DNA from: Entomortierella parvispora E1425
Taxonomy: Eukaryota; Fungi; Mortierellomycota
Length of the DNA: 64,000 bases
Direction of reading: 5' to 3'
Assembly: GCA_020891255.1 (NCBI GenBank)
Contig: BQFW01000007.1
Span: 496,001-560,000, forward strand
Made by a program: the position numbers and the translations under genes. Position 1 is the stretch's first letter. Each line of letters starts with the position of its first letter. This document shows, piece by piece, positions 1-12,000 of the stretch. The notes under the pieces were generated by a model. The model saw nothing but the letters and a program-made list of their open reading frames with translations. It ran no database searches and was not told the origin of the DNA.

Positions 1-61
1 GCAGCTTGAGAATGCAGAGGCTGGCAAGATGGTCCCTCAGACCGGGGTCAGGATACATCAT
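1..61 (-). CDS. Possible 5' end of a gene running off the left edge of the window (MMYPDPGLRDHLASLCILKL...)
   Basis: ATGATG at 61-56 on the minus strand, open to the window edge and preceded by a pyrimidine-rich UTR-like tract. Too short to identify. Confidence 0.2.
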   Translation of the reverse strand, partial: MMYPDPGLRDHLASLCILKL

Positions 62-1863
62 GTTTCGCAGGGAGACACCGCCGTGCAACCAGAGGGGAGA
101 GGAGCCACGATGGAGGAGGAATGAAGCGAATAATGCTGAGAAGAATGTTTTGCAAGGGCAAGGACAAAGCAGCAAACGGATGGGCAACGGACGGCGAGAA
201 GGAGAGTGGCCGCTAGAGTTGCTATTGATAGGGGAGGAGGAGGGGAGGAGGAAGGGAAGAGTGGGGAAGGGGAACGGATTACAAGAAAGAGGACAGAAGC
301 GAAGAGAAGGTGGGAAGAAGGGAGGCGGTGAGTGTGTGTGTGTGTGTCAGTGTGCACCATTGACCTCGCTGGCAGACTCGTGATCTAGTCACATGACTGG
401 CTTCTGTCAGGTGACGAGTTGAGTTGTCAGACTCAGACTCAAGCATTGCGATTCTCCTCTGGAAAATAGTGTTGACAGTTATCGGCGATTAGCCGACGCT
501 GACTGAGGCGATTGATATGTGTGATAATGGCCCAAAGTAGACTATATGGGATAATGGCCCAAACAAACCAGAAAAGAAGCCATGGGTCACTTCTCTTTCT
601 AGAGACTGTCTGCACTTCTTTGAAAAGCTTGGGTCCTGTCGTGTACTTTCGCTTCCTGCAGCTCTATGACAACGAACTTGGGTTCTTCAATTCTATCAAG
701 AGATTCGTCTCGAAAGAGCCAATTTATTACCTCTAATATTGCTATGTGCCGCCGCATGTTGTTTCCGGCGCCTGCCAGTATGCAATTGCTCAGGTTATCA
801 AGTTGATCTCAAACTCACCTAGGACGAAAGAGCAACAAATTGTCGCCAGTCACTTGTGTGGCTTTTTTCTTGCAGAATGAAATAGCCCCCATGTAAACAG
901 TCAAGAACAACTGCTCTTCCGGTTTTCACCCTATACTTTTACAGCTCAGCCCTGTCCCCTCTGCCCCCGTCACTTCGCGCTATCCAATGGCCGCCATGAG
1001 GATTCTGAAACGGTCCCTACCCTATAAAAACCAATTGCTCCCTGCGGCCCTTGTGTGCGGATTAATGTCACGCTCGCACAGAGTCACTCTTTTGTTTTCT
1101 TATGATCTCCATAGCATCAAAGTGCTAGTGTATAGCAAGAAGGATTGTAATCACCAGAGGTCCCTCACAACACCCCATTGGGGTGGGGACCCTGGCAGGG
1201 GCACTTTATATCGTCTCGGCTTACTCCTCGCCCGGGATCGAGTGTCTACAAAGCCTCTGCGGAAATTTTTATTTTTATTTTTTTTTTTCTCTTTGTCACT
1301 TGAAAGACAACCAACAAAAAAGAACTTGGGCGAATTTGGAAGAAGGAATGGGCTGGCTTTGAGTTATGGTGACGGATACCATTATCCAATTGCTAAGTAA
1401 AAAAAGGCAACGTTCCGTCGGTGAAAAATCGCCAGCATTCATCAACCCTCCGTGCTGCACGCCATCGCGCGGCGTTCCTTCCTCCTTGGTTCTTTTTCGT
1501 GTGGGCCCCTCACTTTGTTCTTGATGTCTCCGTTTTTATATTCTTGGCCGCGGATCAGATCCGTGAGCCTCTTTTTTTTCAGGTTCGCTCCCTTTCTTCT
1601 TCTACGAATGATGGCAAGGGTGTTCCTCGGACGGAGAGAGAGGCACGGCTCTTTTTTTTTGTTGTCTTCCATTGTTCTTTTTATCTTTCTTTTTCTCTCT
1701 CTCTCGTTCTCTTGTTCTCTTGCTTTTCTTCTCCTTTTCCCCTTTCTTTCATCATCAGACCCACACGACTTTAGTACACACGACACAGAGCAATCTCCTC
1801 TCCTTTGTCGTTTTCGTTCCAATTGCTTTTTTTTTCTGCTCCCGTCTTTTGCCTTGGTAACAA

Positions 1864-3591
1864 ATGCTCTGGCACTATTTTCCAGGTATTCTGGCCATTG
1901 CCTCTATTGCTCTAGCAGATGGTAAGGACTACTAAGAGAGAAAAAAACAGTGATCAACGGACATCCCCCTGCCTGGCTCTAACCGCTTACGACTTTTTTT
2001 CTTCGTCCCAAAACAAAAAGTGACCTTCAATGTCGTCGGCTTTCCAGACTCTGAAGGTGAAAAGTTTGGAGTGATGATCGACAACAAGATCACTGAGCTA
2101 TCCTCCTCAGCGGCTACATTCCCTCTCTGGTCTGGCAAAGTTGCAGGAACTTCGTCCTCGGCCTATCAATATGTTCAGCTCTCCGCCTCGGGCGCCGTTC
2201 TCAAGAAGGAACCCTTTGTCCGGTCACTCAAGCACCAAAAAGGCGGCAAGACTCTGAACGAGTTTTTTGCCAGAGAGGTCCTGGTCACGTCCCTCCCAAA
2301 GATCCCACAGATCTATCCCAATGTCGAGCCCAGGGCCTCCAAGGCCTTTGATGACCGTCAGATCGGAACAATCCACCTCAAGGCCAATCCTGCAGAGTTT
2401 TCAGACATGCTCAAGCATCCTCAGGCCTTAGATTGGCCACCTGTGAAGGCCAGCTTCCGGTTTATCAATTCAGACACGGTGTACTCTTCCGACGCTGTTA
2501 CTGTCAAGGTGTCTGGCCATGGCTCTCGCAGTTACCAGAAATTGTCGCTGCGGGTCAAGTTTGACGGGGCCAAGCCCGGCGGCAAAAACACGTTCTTTGA
2601 TCGACCCATCATCAAGCTGCGATCCGAGACGGCTGACCCGACATTGATCCGCGAAAAGCTGTACTTTGACGCGCTCAACTCTGTTGGGAGCCCGACAGCA
2701 GAGGGCTCGTATGTTCGTGTGTACGTTAACAATAAGCCCTATGGATTCTTCCTCATGGTCGAAGACATTGATGCCCCATTCCTGCGCTCGACCATGCAGC
2801 GAGGTTCACATACCAAAGCTGTCGGTTCTCTCTACAAGATGGGGTCTCATGTCACCGGCAAAGAAGCCACGTTGCAGTATGAGGGACCCTCTACATCAAA
2901 CTACGATCCCGGCGTGTACGAGAACAAGATCCTAGGCGCGAATAGCGCGGCAGAGCCCATGGCTCAATTGATTCAGTTTTTCAAGGACCTTCAAGAGTTT
3001 GACCCCTCCAAGCCTGGAGCCATTCGATTCTGGAAGGCACGATTCGATCTTGACAACTTTCTCCGCTATATGGCCATGGAATACCTTGGAGGAAATTGGG
3101 ACGCGTATTGGTGGAAGGGCAATAACTACTTCATGTACTACAACCCAGTCCGATCCATTTGGCAGTTCATCCCCACCGACTTTGACTCGACCTTTAATGA
3201 CGGCAGCCGGCCCGATGTCGTGACCGACTACAAGCACTTTGCCGCCAGTCGACTCAAGAGACCGGGCAAGGATCATCCCTTGATCACGAAACTAATTCTG
3301 AAGAACAAAGATATCAATGCCCTATTTGAGGAGATTCTCTCGTCCATCGTGAAGGGCGTCTTTAAGCCAGAGGTTCTCAACCCACGTATTGACGCCTATG
3401 TGTCCATGATCAGGGATGAGGTCAAGTGGGATCTGTCCATCTCAAGAACCTCCAATCAAGGCAAGCGTGGTTTTACGCTCGAGGATTTCAACAACGGCAT
3501 CAAGCAGAGTGTGCAGACAATCAATTACGGCATCAAGCCGTGGATCGAATCCAGAGCCTCCAGTTTTCCCAAGCAGATTTCGAAAAAGTAG
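1864..3591 (+). CDS. cotH: CotH family (spore coat protein / atypical kinase fold) secreted protein, 2 exons
   Basis: Exon 1 (1864-1921) encodes the signal-peptide-like MLWHYFPGILAIASIALAD. GT-AG intron 1922-2020, then ORF to 3591. CotH-type motifs: GHGSRSYQKLSLRVKF, IKLRSETADPTLIREKL, VYVNNKPYGFFLMVEDID, GSLYK, WDAY, NNYFMY, FIPTDFDSTF. Confidence 0.9.
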
Positions 3592-3723
3592 CGGTATATA
3601 TCAGGTCAAGCATCAGGCACTCGCATTTTATACTTTAATATCGCCTTATCCGCATCGCATCTTCGGCATCCCACCTTAATAAACAAGCATGCTTTTTAAT
3701 CTACATTGAACGCGGTGTCTATT

Positions 3724-4809
3724 CTATTCGGCAACACTCTCGACCGCCTCCTCGGCTGCCTTGATTACCGGACCTTCAGCCTCCACGGCCTTTGTATTAC
3801 ACTCATCTGGCTTTTCTGTCAGCATGGCAAGCTCGATCCGCTTCCGAACTACAGCCTGGTGAGCCAGAGACGAGGCGCGGCCTGATCCAAAGATGGGTGC
3901 AATCACATAGTCGTGGATCATGGCGGAGCATCGCGCACCCTTGTCAAAACACCACGCAGCCCAGAAAGGTGGGCGGGTGATCTGATCCGCAGTCTTCCCT
4001 CTGTTTCTCAAGAACATGACCAAGAACATAAGCATCAAGGGAGTGTTCATAGCCGAGAACAAGATTCTAGCCACCTTGGATCGAGTTCCTGTGCACTCAT
4101 ATGGGACAATGCCTGCCAGGTATTGTTGGTAGGCTGGATCCAGATTGTGATGTGCTGCTCCAGTGGTGAGAAGGCCCTTGTAACGAGCCGTGGGCTGACA
4201 GTATGATCTTACAGAAAGAGGGCGGGCCTCGAGGACCATGGCAGAGAGGTGTTTTTTATCCTTGCCAGCCAATTGACAGTCCACTTCGATCTGGTTGTAA
4301 CCTGTGGGGACATCATAACCCCATCCACCCTTTCATATCACGAAAAAAACAAGGAGTTTTTGTTAGTCACTGAGCCATCAAGAGCGACAAGAAGAGAAGA
4401 AGGAGAAGGGTCTTACCTCTGAATGAATAACAAGGTCCCAGTCCCTGAGGGTAATTTTGTGGGCGACACCCTGAAGGACGGGTGGGTACGATCTCATGGG
4501 ATGATCGGGGTGACTCTCGTCCCAAACAAACTCGCGGCCCCACTTTGTCCTTGCGTGGACCTCCTCTGCATAGGCTCTGTCTCTGAGGCGGGAGTGATCA
4601 ATCTTGAGGATGGAGGCAAAGCAAGGCTCGACAAAAGGAATTCCTCCAATGTCAAAGCTGAGCCAGTAACCAGGCACGACGACAGGGTGGGACTCCAAAG
4701 GTTGGATCTTGCGACGACCAGTGAGAACCTTTGGGTCCATGTTGGATCCATAGGCCAAATAGTATATCGTTTCCGTCTTGGAAGCGAGGGAGGGGAGAGG
4801 CACGGTCAT
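3724..4809 (-). CDS. Gamma-glutamylcyclotransferase-fold protein (GliK/AIG2-like), 2 exons
   Basis: YLAYGSNM motif near the N-terminus, LQGVAHKIT, and spliced HSE|GGWGY. QPTARYKGLLTTGA...LDPAYQQYL is followed by a hydrophobic segment. ATG at 4809, intron about 4416-4328. Confidence 0.8.
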
Positions 4810-5173
4810 TGCGAACAAAGGAATGAGACGAGAGTGCAATGGATGGAATGTCCGATGTAAGAGTATTACTGACAACGAAAAAAGAATGAGCAGAATGAAG
4901 AAACGAGATGAGAAGAGAAAAAGGAAAAAAATAAAGCAAGGCAGGGGTTCAAAGCAGGCGGAAGCTTTTATCCGGCGCAGGAACAGAGGTAGAGAGAGAG
5001 AGAGAGAGAGAGAGAAGGGGCTGGTGTGCGTGGAGGTGGAGTATGTGCGGAGTCTCTTTTCTGATTTAATTCAATTCGCTGATCGATCGACTATTTTCTG
5101 CCTCTTCGTCATCGCACGCCAGCGTTCCACGGGCGCTGACAAAGACAAAGTTGATCTCCCCCTCTCCCTCTCT

Positions 5174-7243
5174 CTAATTGCACGCGTCCCTAGCTCTCTC
5201 GCTTCTAGACCCTCGCTTCCGTCGGACGTGGCTTGCTCGCTTGTCCATCATCGGCAATACCTCTCCATCCGACTCATTCCCTTGCTCATAGTCCTCTGTC
5301 GATACTCCTTCCTCTTCGCAGTCGTACCCCTCGAGAAAGTGCCCAAACGGGTCTTCGTCCTCTTCCTCATCTTCCTCATCTCCGTTACTGTCTTGTTCTA
5401 ATTCGGGTCGTGTCCTAGCCAGATCCTCCTCTTGGATATTGTCCAAGACTGGTCCATGCATGCATTTCGGTGGCGGTGGCGCCTGGAACAGAAAAGACTC
5501 GTCCAGACCATTCGTCTTTAAAAAATTAATCATGGCCCACGACAAATTGGGTCGAAGAGTAGGGGGCAGGAACGGTGAGCTTGGAGGTGAGGGAAGAGTT
5601 GAAACCGCAGAAGAGAGGCAAGAGTCCGAACGGTTCGATAGGCTGGGGTCAGGGGAGAGAGGATAGATCTTGCCCAGAGTCTCTTGCATGCTGCTCGACC
5701 GAGGTGAAAGTTGGATCGGGCTTACCCTGCTGACAGATGGTGGATCGATAATAGGGGTGCTTGAAGAAAACGTGCTGCCATGATCGTGTTTTGGGTCCAG
5801 AGGAGGTGAACAAAGGGAAGCTTGACCCACGGCCAAAAAAGCTGCGGCTGCTGCAAGGACCTCGTGTTGCGTCAACAATTGCCGCCCTTCCAGTACGAGT
5901 CCTACCGACAAAGGCGCGTGAATAATCATTGGCTTGATGTGAACATCTGAAAAGGTGATGGTCACTTTAAGGGTATGGCTAATCTCCAACCAAGATGTAG
6001 TTTCCGCAGGGAGCACCTGGTCATCAAAGAGGTCCATTTCAAACTCGAGCAGTGGATCCGAAGCCAGAGCAGGGGTGGGGTGTTCTCGAACGATGTCCTG
6101 GGATGGGATGCGCAAGACAATTGTTGGCGAGATGGGCTTATTATGAAGACTGCTTACCAACGGCGTCTCATCTTCCAAGTCGACATGCGCAAAGTTGTTT
6201 ACCCTAGTCAAGAGATATGAATAGATGGTATAACAGCGATATCTCATCAGTCAGAGAGTCTGGTGCGATTAGTCTTAATATGGTATGCATTACGGTCGCC
6301 AAAACCTTACCCAGCCCTCAAGCCCTCAATTGTGGCTAGTAATTTCTCAGGAACAAAGACAATCTTCTCCTGTTGAATGGCAACCACATGGATTTCTCTG
6401 ACCTTAAACTGCGGGTAAAAGGATTTGAGGGTAATCGCTATAGAGAGGCGTCTTTGATCCGGGTGCACGATCCTCGGCATGTAGATTGAGCATGCAAACT
6501 GATCTTCACCTCGACAAGCTCCAAATCGGAGAATGCCCGTGGGGATAGAGCAGGTCCATACTTTTTGGAGCTTCAGTCGTTGTTCATAAATGTTCTTTTT
6601 GGGCTTGGAGCGTCGACCGAGCTGGATCGTCAGCTTTTTGATCTTTGGGCTACGTTTGAACGAGGGCAGCATGGACTGTGTGCTAGGAGCCACGGCAGCA
6701 ATCTCCATTCCAGAAGCAGGTCCAAGGCCCTCAGCTTCGTACTCTTCCAAGCCATCAGGGATCCCACAAGTGATCAGCTTGTAGCCCCAAGTAAGTTGTT
6801 GCGATCGCAGCCTCGCACAACATGCCGCAGACAAATCACTTGGGATGTCCAGGACAAAAGGAAATCGATAATTGCCTTTTACAAATATCCTTGCGTACGC
6901 AATTGCGTGGAAATCAGATCGGTAGATTTCTGTTCCTTCGACTGCGGAAGTGCAGATCAAGTGAGTTGCTCTCATGTTAGCGCGACATGGATGGGCATGG
7001 CTTGGAAATAGGAACTTGGTCAAGTGCCCGACTGTGTCATACGCCTTGCCAGTTCGATCATATGTGAATGGCAACTTTACCTTGGCAAACAAAGGAGACA
7101 GAGAGTTGCTCAAGTCGCATAGGCTTCTGAACGTGCATGAGTAGTGTGCCGGAAACCTTGTGCATCACTGGTGTGAAGTACTCTATCAACTCCAGGACGT
7201 TGGGGACGCTGGTGTTGAGGACCGTTTTGAGTGTGAATGTCAT
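5174..7243 (-). CDS. Arrestin-fold (alpha-arrestin-like) protein with Ser/Pro-rich and acidic C-terminus, 3 exons
   Basis: Beta-sandwich-like N-terminus (VSGTLLMHVQKPMRLEQLSVSFVCQG; GNYRFPFVLDIPSDL; WGYKL) and C-lobe-like LEISHTLKVTITFSD...IIHAPLSV. Splice phases are consistent at about 7080/6974 and 6311/6242. Family call is from motif resemblance only. Confidence 0.55.
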
Positions 7244-7577
7244 GGTAGAAGTAATTATTGAGGTAAGAGCAAAGACGAGAGTGAAGCAAAAAGACGAAAT
7301 GGATTGCGAGAGGGTAACAAAGAAGGAAAACAGAGGGAGGGATCAATCCTTATTTGTTCCTGGCAGTCTGCGACCCTTCCCGCAAAATGTGGCCATGGCG
7401 CACTTTCTTAATTGGGTACCTCATTGTGACCCAAGAATAATGGCACTGGTGAAAAAAATACAAAAAAAGATGGTACGTCTGCATACGACGCTGTTTATTA
7501 CGATCAAGGCCATCTGACCCCCAGTTTTGCGAGGATCGTCGATCTGCTGAAGCCTCAGCTATTATGGTCATAGACGA

Positions 7578-8782
7578 CTAACCGCGCAAAGCTCGGAGTC
7601 GCTCAGTAAGATCGTCTTGCTCTTTAGCTTCCTCCTTGTTGGCGGGCTGGTTCAACGCAGTATCTGGAGTCTCGCGCAATTCTTGATTCAGCTCCAATCC
7701 GTGCTCGTCAGCAACCTGGTGCATCAACGTGTCAACCTCGTCCTGAGGCGTGGATAGGGCAGACTGGTTGCCCATAGTGTTTTCCATGTATTGTGTTTGC
7801 ACATCCAAATCTTCAAATTGTGATTCGAACTTGTCCATGACCATCGAGATCTAACAAGACAGGGAGGGGTAAATCAAGCCAAAGGGCACAATTAGTTAGA
7901 CAAATACTGATCTGAAGCCAAGTCCCATTCTTGAAAAAAAGTCGACAGGATGCTGTCAATACCTTTTCCAAGTTCATCGACTCCATAGCCTTGTCCATGC
8001 CCTTGACTACACTGGCCATTGACATTGTCACGTTACGCATGGTTACAGCTGTCTGTACCCTTGACGCCACCGCATCAATTCTGGACGATAAACGCAACAG
8101 GTTCAATCCTTCATTCTTTTTCCTAATCGCGTTAGCAGCATAGATCCTGGCCCCTTCCATGTTTCCTTGTTGGATAGCCTAATATTACCAGGAAAAACGC
8201 ACGCAAAGAAAAAGAATGAGAATCAAACAAATCAAAGTCAGAAATGGTGGCGCATCTGCCACGGCGTGACGAGTGCCAAGCTCCCTGCAGAAAATCGATT
8301 TCATCGAAGAGCTCTGTTACCTTCTTCAGTTTTGTCTTTTCGAGACCCTCATCCTTTGTGCATTTCTTGGCTTGGCGCTGGAGCTGCTTGGTTGTGAACT
8401 GGTGGGCACAAGCAAAGAAGGCGAGGAACAATGAGAATGAGTCGCAGAATGACAATTTGTCAACACATTTCGTGCATGGATGTTGCGTTGACTGTTCCTG
8501 AGTATGAGTTCACAATTCCATCGTCAATCCCATTCCTGTTTGTGTTATCAATCGGCCGCGCATGGATGTTCTCTGCCCTTTGTCCTGGTGAGCGTCATCG
8601 CCTCTACTATTGTTCCTGTATCTGAGTTAGGAATAGTAGGTGTGTGCATACTTTGAGCTGGAACAGACTTTCTATGGACGCAAAGGCAGCGTGGAAGAGA
8701 AAGAGAGTTAGCTTCATGCAGTGTCGTGGTGGACGAGAGACTAGAGCCGCAGTGAACTCGACATACTCTCAAGGTTGCTCAT
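7578..8782 (-). CDS. DID2: ESCRT-III protein Did2/Vps46/CHMP1, 5 exons, 200 aa
   Basis: Exons 8782-8767, 8671-8652, 8398-8321, 8178-7963 and 7850-7578 assemble in frame to [25 protein letters not shown]...[19 protein letters not shown]...[15 protein letters not shown]...[12 protein letters not shown], ending in a MIM1 motif. Confidence 0.95.
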
Positions 8783-9064
8783 GACTGTATATATCTATGA
8801 ATGTGGATGAAAGTGGAGATGAGGGGTGGAAAGGATGGATGATGGATGGAAGAGAAAGTGCAACCAAAGAGAGTCGACAACAGGGACCAAGGAGAAACCG
8901 CGTCCCCTCTCTAATTGGTTGACAGTGCTGTCATAGTGTGCAAATACAGAGGGGTTTTCTTCTCTTGCATCAAACATCGAAGGCGTCTCGTTTTGAATCC
9001 CTTCTGCATCAATCAACCCAACTCGACTCACACACCCAGCAACAATCATCCATCCTATAGAAGC

Positions 9065-12000
9065 ATGCCAGCTGTTGCAGAGGCATACAGATTGATCGAG
9101 GCCGGAGGGGATCCGAGGCAAAGCCCTGCCTTGGTAAATCTTGACTTGGAACTACACGCGCTTTTTATGCTGTTTGAATCAGCTCCTGGAGAACCATGAT
9201 CGAATGCAATGCATGCATGCGTGTGCACATGCGCACAGCATAGCCTATAATGTCTTTAAATATCGACTAATCCAATCTGAATCCAATCAACTATAATCAC
9301 CAGGACTATGGACCTTTTCTGCCGTTGCTGTTGACGCGCCATCGACTTGAGACCATGCCGTTCCTGATCCGCTATGCCCAGGTAACCGACGTTCATATCA
9401 ATGAAATGAGGTTGTCATCAAATTTGAGCTGAAAATAACCCTTTTTTCGTGTTGACACGGTAGACTGCAACCGTCCTCCGATATACCGATCTGGACTACA
9501 GGTTGATCCAACGACAGGTCAAGGAGCAGCTTCAAATGGAGAAACAGGATACATCTGGTCGCTATCTTGGCCACATGACCCGGCTTTTCGAGGTTGGATC
9601 GCCTGAAGAGCGTGCAAGGTAACCGTGGTCTCTTGATTCAAACCATACCCTCAGTGAAGAGTACTGTCGAGTCTTATGTATTGTTTATAACACACTGCAT
9701 TCTACATTCGACAATAGAGTGGTCTTGTTGGAGATTACGAGAATGCTGCAGGAGGACGCCAGGGATGCGGAAGAAAGAAACGCCATCGTGGATCAAAAGA
9801 GGCAACAGCAGCGTCTCCAACCGTCCTTCTTACTGAGCAGCCCAATCTGTCGTCAGGAAATGGCCATCATCCTTCCCATGCTCGTGTTGCGATGTAGGCA
9901 CCCTGCAGTACATATCCAAGTAAGTGCTCGCAGAGTCTAAAACACTCGTTATTTTCGTCACCAATATTGATACTGTTAACTCTTCATTTAGAATCTCGTA
10001 CGATCATTAAGATCCATAAGAGAACCAAGTCAGCTTGTTGTGGCGCTCGTTGCCAATTGCCCTTCAGAGTTCTCGCCGACTGTGGACTCGTTGCTGGATC
10101 CATTTGACCCATACCTTACCGCCAGACCAATCTTGCTTCGCCTGTGTAAACTCGCAGATCACAGGACCTGGAATGTACGACAGCGACTTGTAGACAGGAA
10201 GCAGCTACCCAATTTAGCCCTGGAGCTTACGATCGAACATTGTCACGACGAAACTTCCTTCATGAACCGGATATTGCAGGGTCAACCGGAGTGGCTCACG
10301 AGTGGACCAGATCCGGTGACCAGAACAAGTCTTGCCTCCATCATGGAGTTTTTATTCTCATCTTTAAATGACGAATTGACCGCAAAGCAGCCGGACCACG
10401 TGGCCGTCAACAGACTCTTGAGAATCCTCTCTGGTATGATTGGGCTGATGAACTTGACACTTTCATCAGAGCAGTTGGAGATATCGTTACTGGTACTAGA
10501 GATGGGTCCCTTAGAGCCGAGCACAGTGGGCATCAAGATATGCTTACTGTTGATGGCAGCTTCACAGCTGTTAAAGTATGGAACTGTTAGAGTTGAGCGG
10601 GTTCTACATCGACTGATGAACTGCCCCGACTCTCCTCAAGTGCTGTTGCTTCACATATTTTTCCAATCGGGACAGTTGCTTCGCATCGATGACTTTGCTT
10701 CAAAGGTACTCTCGATGAACCTCGTCATCCCTCGAGCTGGACTCATGGATTTGGGAGCAATCTTCACGTCTTTGTTTTCCAACAAAGAGCTGGGCACTTG
10801 CGCACTGGCACTCGGTCGTTCAAACTACGCTCATACAGGGAACTCGGGAATCAAAGGCGGCGAGATTACTTCCCCAAGGATACCGGCATCGGACCGTCTG
10901 CAATCGGAGTTACGATCTGTCGCCAACTTTTGCGTCTCTCACCTACTGAAAATCGATATTTTCCACCGCAGTGGTATGGATGTACGGGCTTGGGTGATGC
11001 AGCAAATCCAAGATGCGACTGTTCCCCTGGACACCAACATGGTTCCCCTTCTGCGTGCCTATACGACGGCAATATCCCACTCGGACCATATCACACGGAT
11101 ACCAGAAGGCGATATCCGCGCTCTCTTCCGGAATCCATGTGAAGACTTGACACCAGCCAAGGCGCTCCTGGTCCTGTACATGCTTCTCAACAATGATGTA
11201 TGTATCGCAAACCTGGGAAGCGATAATATGGAGCGAAATCGAGGCAAGTTTCTTGACATGGTTGTTTAATTGATGTGTTGAACATATCCCAGTAAAACTG
11301 AACTAATTTAGTAATGGCTTGGACTGCATAGAATATGATTCTGCTCTCCTGGAATATGTACAGATCCGAAAGGTTCTGTTGTACGTGCAAAACTATCAGG
11401 ACGGTGTGGCCTTCAGGACGGTGCAGCCAATGTTTTTAAAACTCGTCAATGCACAGTTCCCAGAGCTCTTTGATGTGACTACGTTGCTTATGGAGGAGGG
11501 CTTGTCAACAACAGCAGCCACTACCGCTGCTTCACCACCGGGGCAGATAGCACTTGTTTCCAGTTTGGCGGCAACACTCAAGTCAGTCAGGGCACGGTCA
11601 TCAGGGGTAGCGTTGTTCTTGGAATCACACTATCACACCATCAGCCGTCATATCGAGTATCCTGAGGCTGCTGTAAAGGGTAAGTGGCCACAATGACAAG
11701 ATAATGCTGACGACGGTATTTCAAATGTACGAGAAGAGATGATACTAATTTCGGTAATTATTTTTTTAGCGTACCATGCATTCCAGAGATTGTCACAAGA
11801 AGAAAAGCAATCGTTGGCTCAACAGATTATCCACGCCAGTTTACCGTCATTACTTGATCCAAAATCGCATCCGACGGTCATGGAAGCATTCAAAAACACT
11901 TGGGACCAATTGAACAGGGTCATGCCTCACGACCTTTGGGGTATGACAATCCATGCTCTTCTCGCCCAGTCATCTGCACCCACGCAGCCAGCAGCTCCAC

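Noticed and set aside
512-736. 74-aa ORF and the GATAATGGCCCAAA direct repeat
   Set aside because: No ATG start, no recognisable family, and the repeat has only two copies.
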